From the NCBI GenBank assembly GCA_963976875.1, contig CAXBML010000003.1, positions 165,726 through 189,725 on the forward strand: a stretch of DNA of 24,000 nucleotides, written 5' to 3'. Both the position numbers and the translations under genes were made by a program. The notes below the pieces were generated by a model. That model did not search any database. It saw nothing but the letters and a program-made list of their open reading frames with translations, and was not told the DNA's origin. Every line of letters starts with the position of its first letter. The first letter of the stretch is position 1. Source of the stretch: an uncultured Coxiellaceae bacterium (lineage in GTDB: Bacteria; Pseudomonadota; Gammaproteobacteria; Berkiellales; Berkiellaceae). This document shows positions 22,444-24,000 of the stretch, in pieces.

Positions 22444-23154
22444 ATGGGGATAGAGAATCCTAAGCTTAAACTCCGACCTTTGCCTGTAGAAAAGCAGGCT
22501 AGGCAGCTTGTTTCTAAGTATTTGGGAACCCACCATTCTGCCAGTTCAACACCGTTTTGGGTTGAAAGAGTTTCAGAGCTCAAGAATAAGAAAAGACATA
22601 GGTTACAACCTGAAGATTTTGGTGCTCGCAAACTTACATCTTTTGAACAAACATTTGGTAAGCAAACTAGCCATGCTGGAGTGAGCTATCAAATGCTTCA
22701 TCCCCAAGATAAGCCGGAAAATAATTCAAAGTCTGCTGATGGAAAGCATCTTTATCAATTTAGGCTAAATTCAATAAAGTTAAAATTACTGACTGCGCAA
22801 GCTGGTGTTAATCCTAATTTAGGCTTATCTGTGGAGCAGTTATTAAAAATGGAACTTTTGGGTGGTAGTAACACTGAGCAATGGCTTAAAAAATATATCA
22901 TTTTGCTTCATGGTGGCTTGAATCCTCATTACAACTATGGAGAGTTTGCTTTTGGTTATGGCGAGCCTGGACAATTGGATCGCCTTGTTTTGCAAGAACA
23001 AATGGGCAATGCCCCTGATTTAGAGCCTAAGTTAGCTCAGGATTGCGCCAGTTTAGGATTGGCGCCGCCTATGCCGGTGGAGCAGCAAACACCAAGAGCA
23101 GCGCCCAGACCTGATGAGCATTATCGGCCACGCTTAACGCCTGATCATTCATAA
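22444..23154 (+). CDS. Hypothetical protein with Pro/Ala-rich C-terminal tail (no family recognised)
   Basis: 236-aa ORF with a strong RBS and promoter-like elements. No motif was recognised. The C-terminus is LGLAPPMPVEQQTPRAAPRPDEHYRPRLTPDHS. Confidence 0.6.
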   Translation: MGIENPKLKLRPLPVEKQARQLVSKYLGTHHSASSTPFWVERVSELKNKKRHRLQPEDFGARKLTSFEQTFGKQTSHAGVSYQMLHPQDKPENNSKSADGKHLYQFRLNSIKLKLLTAQAGVNPNLGLSVEQLLKMELLGGSNTEQWLKKYIILLHGGLNPHYNYGEFAFGYGEPGQLDRLVLQEQMGNAPDLEPKLAQDCASLGLAPPMPVEQQTPRAAPRPDEHYRPRLTPDHS

Positions 23155-23191
23155 GCTTATAAATTTTAACTGTTCAAACATGGAATATAAA

Positions 23192-23629
23192 ATGTCTACG
23201 AAAGCGATTGTTAAAGATATAATGTCAACAGAGCTAATTACTATCGAGCGTTATGCTAATTTCTCTGAACTACGGAACCTATTAGAAAAAAATGATATCC
23301 ATCATATTCCTGTCGTTGATGGTGAGCAGTTGCTTGGTATTTTGAGCACCACGGATGTGTTGAAATATAGTTTTGGTGCTATGGGTGTTGGGCAAGATAA
23401 AAAGCTTGATAAATCTTTAGATCAAAATATTTCTTTAGATGCGATTATGCAAACGCAAGTTGTCACTGTTACCCCAGATACGCCTATTATGGCGGCCGCA
23501 GAATTGTTGCTATATAGCAATTTTAACGCCTTGCCTGTAGTGGACGCTTCTCAAAAACTAGTTGGTATATTAACGACAAAAGATTTTATTGGTTATATGC
23601 TTAAGTTTGAAGGGAAGCTAAAAGATTAG
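23192..23629 (+). CDS. CBS-domain pair protein (paralogue of 20226..20648)
   Basis: ATG 23192 has GGAA 6 nt upstream and gives MSTKAIVKDIMS, which parallels MKKNEPIKNIMS of the paralogue. ATG 23180 is the longer alternative. The CBS repeats are IHHIPVVDGEQLLGILSTTDVL and FNALPVVDASQKLVGILTTKDF. Confidence 0.85.
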   Translation: MSTKAIVKDIMSTELITIERYANFSELRNLLEKNDIHHIPVVDGEQLLGILSTTDVLKYSFGAMGVGQDKKLDKSLDQNISLDAIMQTQVVTVTPDTPIMAAAELLLYSNFNALPVVDASQKLVGILTTKDFIGYMLKFEGKLKD

Positions 23630-23653
23630 TTTTATAAAATAGCAAAAAATAGC

Positions 23654-23700
23654 CAGGCCACCCCTAACTTCATAACTTAACAGGCCACCCCTGTTAAGTT
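23654..23700. repeat. Direct repeat CAGGCCACCCCT (x2) plus a perfect 11-bp hairpin next to the Y1 transposase gene (REP/IS-end-like element)
   Basis: CAGGCCACCCCT occurs at 23654-23665 and 23681-23692. AACTTAACAGG (23674-23684) pairs with CCTGTTAAGTT (23690-23700) around the 5-nt loop CCACC. Confidence 0.6.
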
Positions 23701-23766
23701 GACAACCTTTTATCTCCGGGCATATATTATTGATTAGCAGCAATAAGTGGTTAGATAGGTTAAGTT

Positions 23767-24000
23767 ATGTCCGTACCCCGTTCAGAGCAAATAAATATAG
23801 ATTCAACACCTTATTATCATGTTATGGCGCGTTGTGTGCGCCGCAGCTATCTTTGTGGCAAGGATAGCCTTACTCAAAAAGACTATTCTCATCGTAAACA
23901 ATGGATAATTGCGAGACTAAAATTCCTTGCGCAAGTCTTTGCTATCAAAATTGCCGCTTATGCTGTGATGGCTAACCATTATCATGTTGTTTTATTTGTG
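23767..24000 (+). CDS. HUH/Y1 tyrosine transposase (IS200/IS605-like or REP-associated RAYT-like), 3' end cut by window edge
   Basis: This ORF is absent from the ORF track because it runs off the window. My translation is MSVPRSEQINIDSTPYYHVMARCVRRSYLCGKDSLTQKDYSHRKQWIIARLKFLAQVFAIKIAAYAVMANHYHVVLFV. YYHVM.R and the HUH motif (ANHYHVV) are typical of this family. AGG lies 7 nt upstream of the ATG. Confidence 0.75.
   Translation, partial: MSVPRSEQINIDSTPYYHVMARCVRRSYLCGKDSLTQKDYSHRKQWIIARLKFLAQVFAIKIAAYAVMANHYHVVLFV

Noticed and set aside
22401-22631. 76-aa minus-strand ORF overlapping the start of the 22444 gene
   Set aside because: It is antisense to an ORF that has a strong RBS and promoter. 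It has no features of its own.
1-24000. tRNA, rRNA or other conserved RNA genes
   Set aside because: I scanned the intergenic regions by eye for T-loop (GGTTCGAATCC-like) and rRNA-like conserved blocks and recognised none. This is a weak negative, because no covariance-model search could be run.

Overview
AT-rich bacterial chromosomal segment whose gene content resembles an intracellular, Legionella/Coxiella-like gammaproteobacterium; this taxonomic guess is inferred from gene content only. All calls rest on reading the sequence and on motif recognition from memory, with no database search. The left third (1-8257) is an island of eukaryotic-type signalling or effector-like genes. It holds a Hanks-type Ser/Thr kinase cut by the window edge, an OTU-like cysteine protease and a secreted Cys-containing protein. 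It also holds an exported histidine-phosphatase-fold protein whose catalytic His is replaced by Cys, a possible permuted-papain (PPPDE-like) protein overlapping a PP2C phosphatase gene, and a protein with weak RhoGAP-like motifs. Next comes a sugar-nucleotide oxidoreductase/aminotransferase pair (WbpB/WbpE-like). The most unusual locus is 11041-12740. It contains a small gene for a double-glycine-leader peptide with an extremely Tyr/Gly-rich core. Beside it is a ~0.5 kb array of about 23 tandem 18-19 bp direct repeats that creates false ORFs in all three + frames. Beyond the array lies a gene for an HU-fold protein with a histone-H1-like lysine-rich N-terminal tail. The right half encodes an alpha/beta hydrolase, an R-S-E type mono-ADP-ribosyltransferase-like protein ending in CDC, and a DUF924 protein. 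It continues with an M3 oligopeptidase carrying a C-terminal transmembrane extension, a PF10118-like metal hydrolase and a rhomboid protease. A stress module follows, made of two tandem USP paralogues flanked by two CBS-pair paralogues. The window ends with a small GIY-YIG protein, an orphan protein, and a hairpin next to a 3'-truncated HUH/Y1 (IS200/RAYT-like) transposase. No rRNA, tRNA or CRISPR array was recognised.
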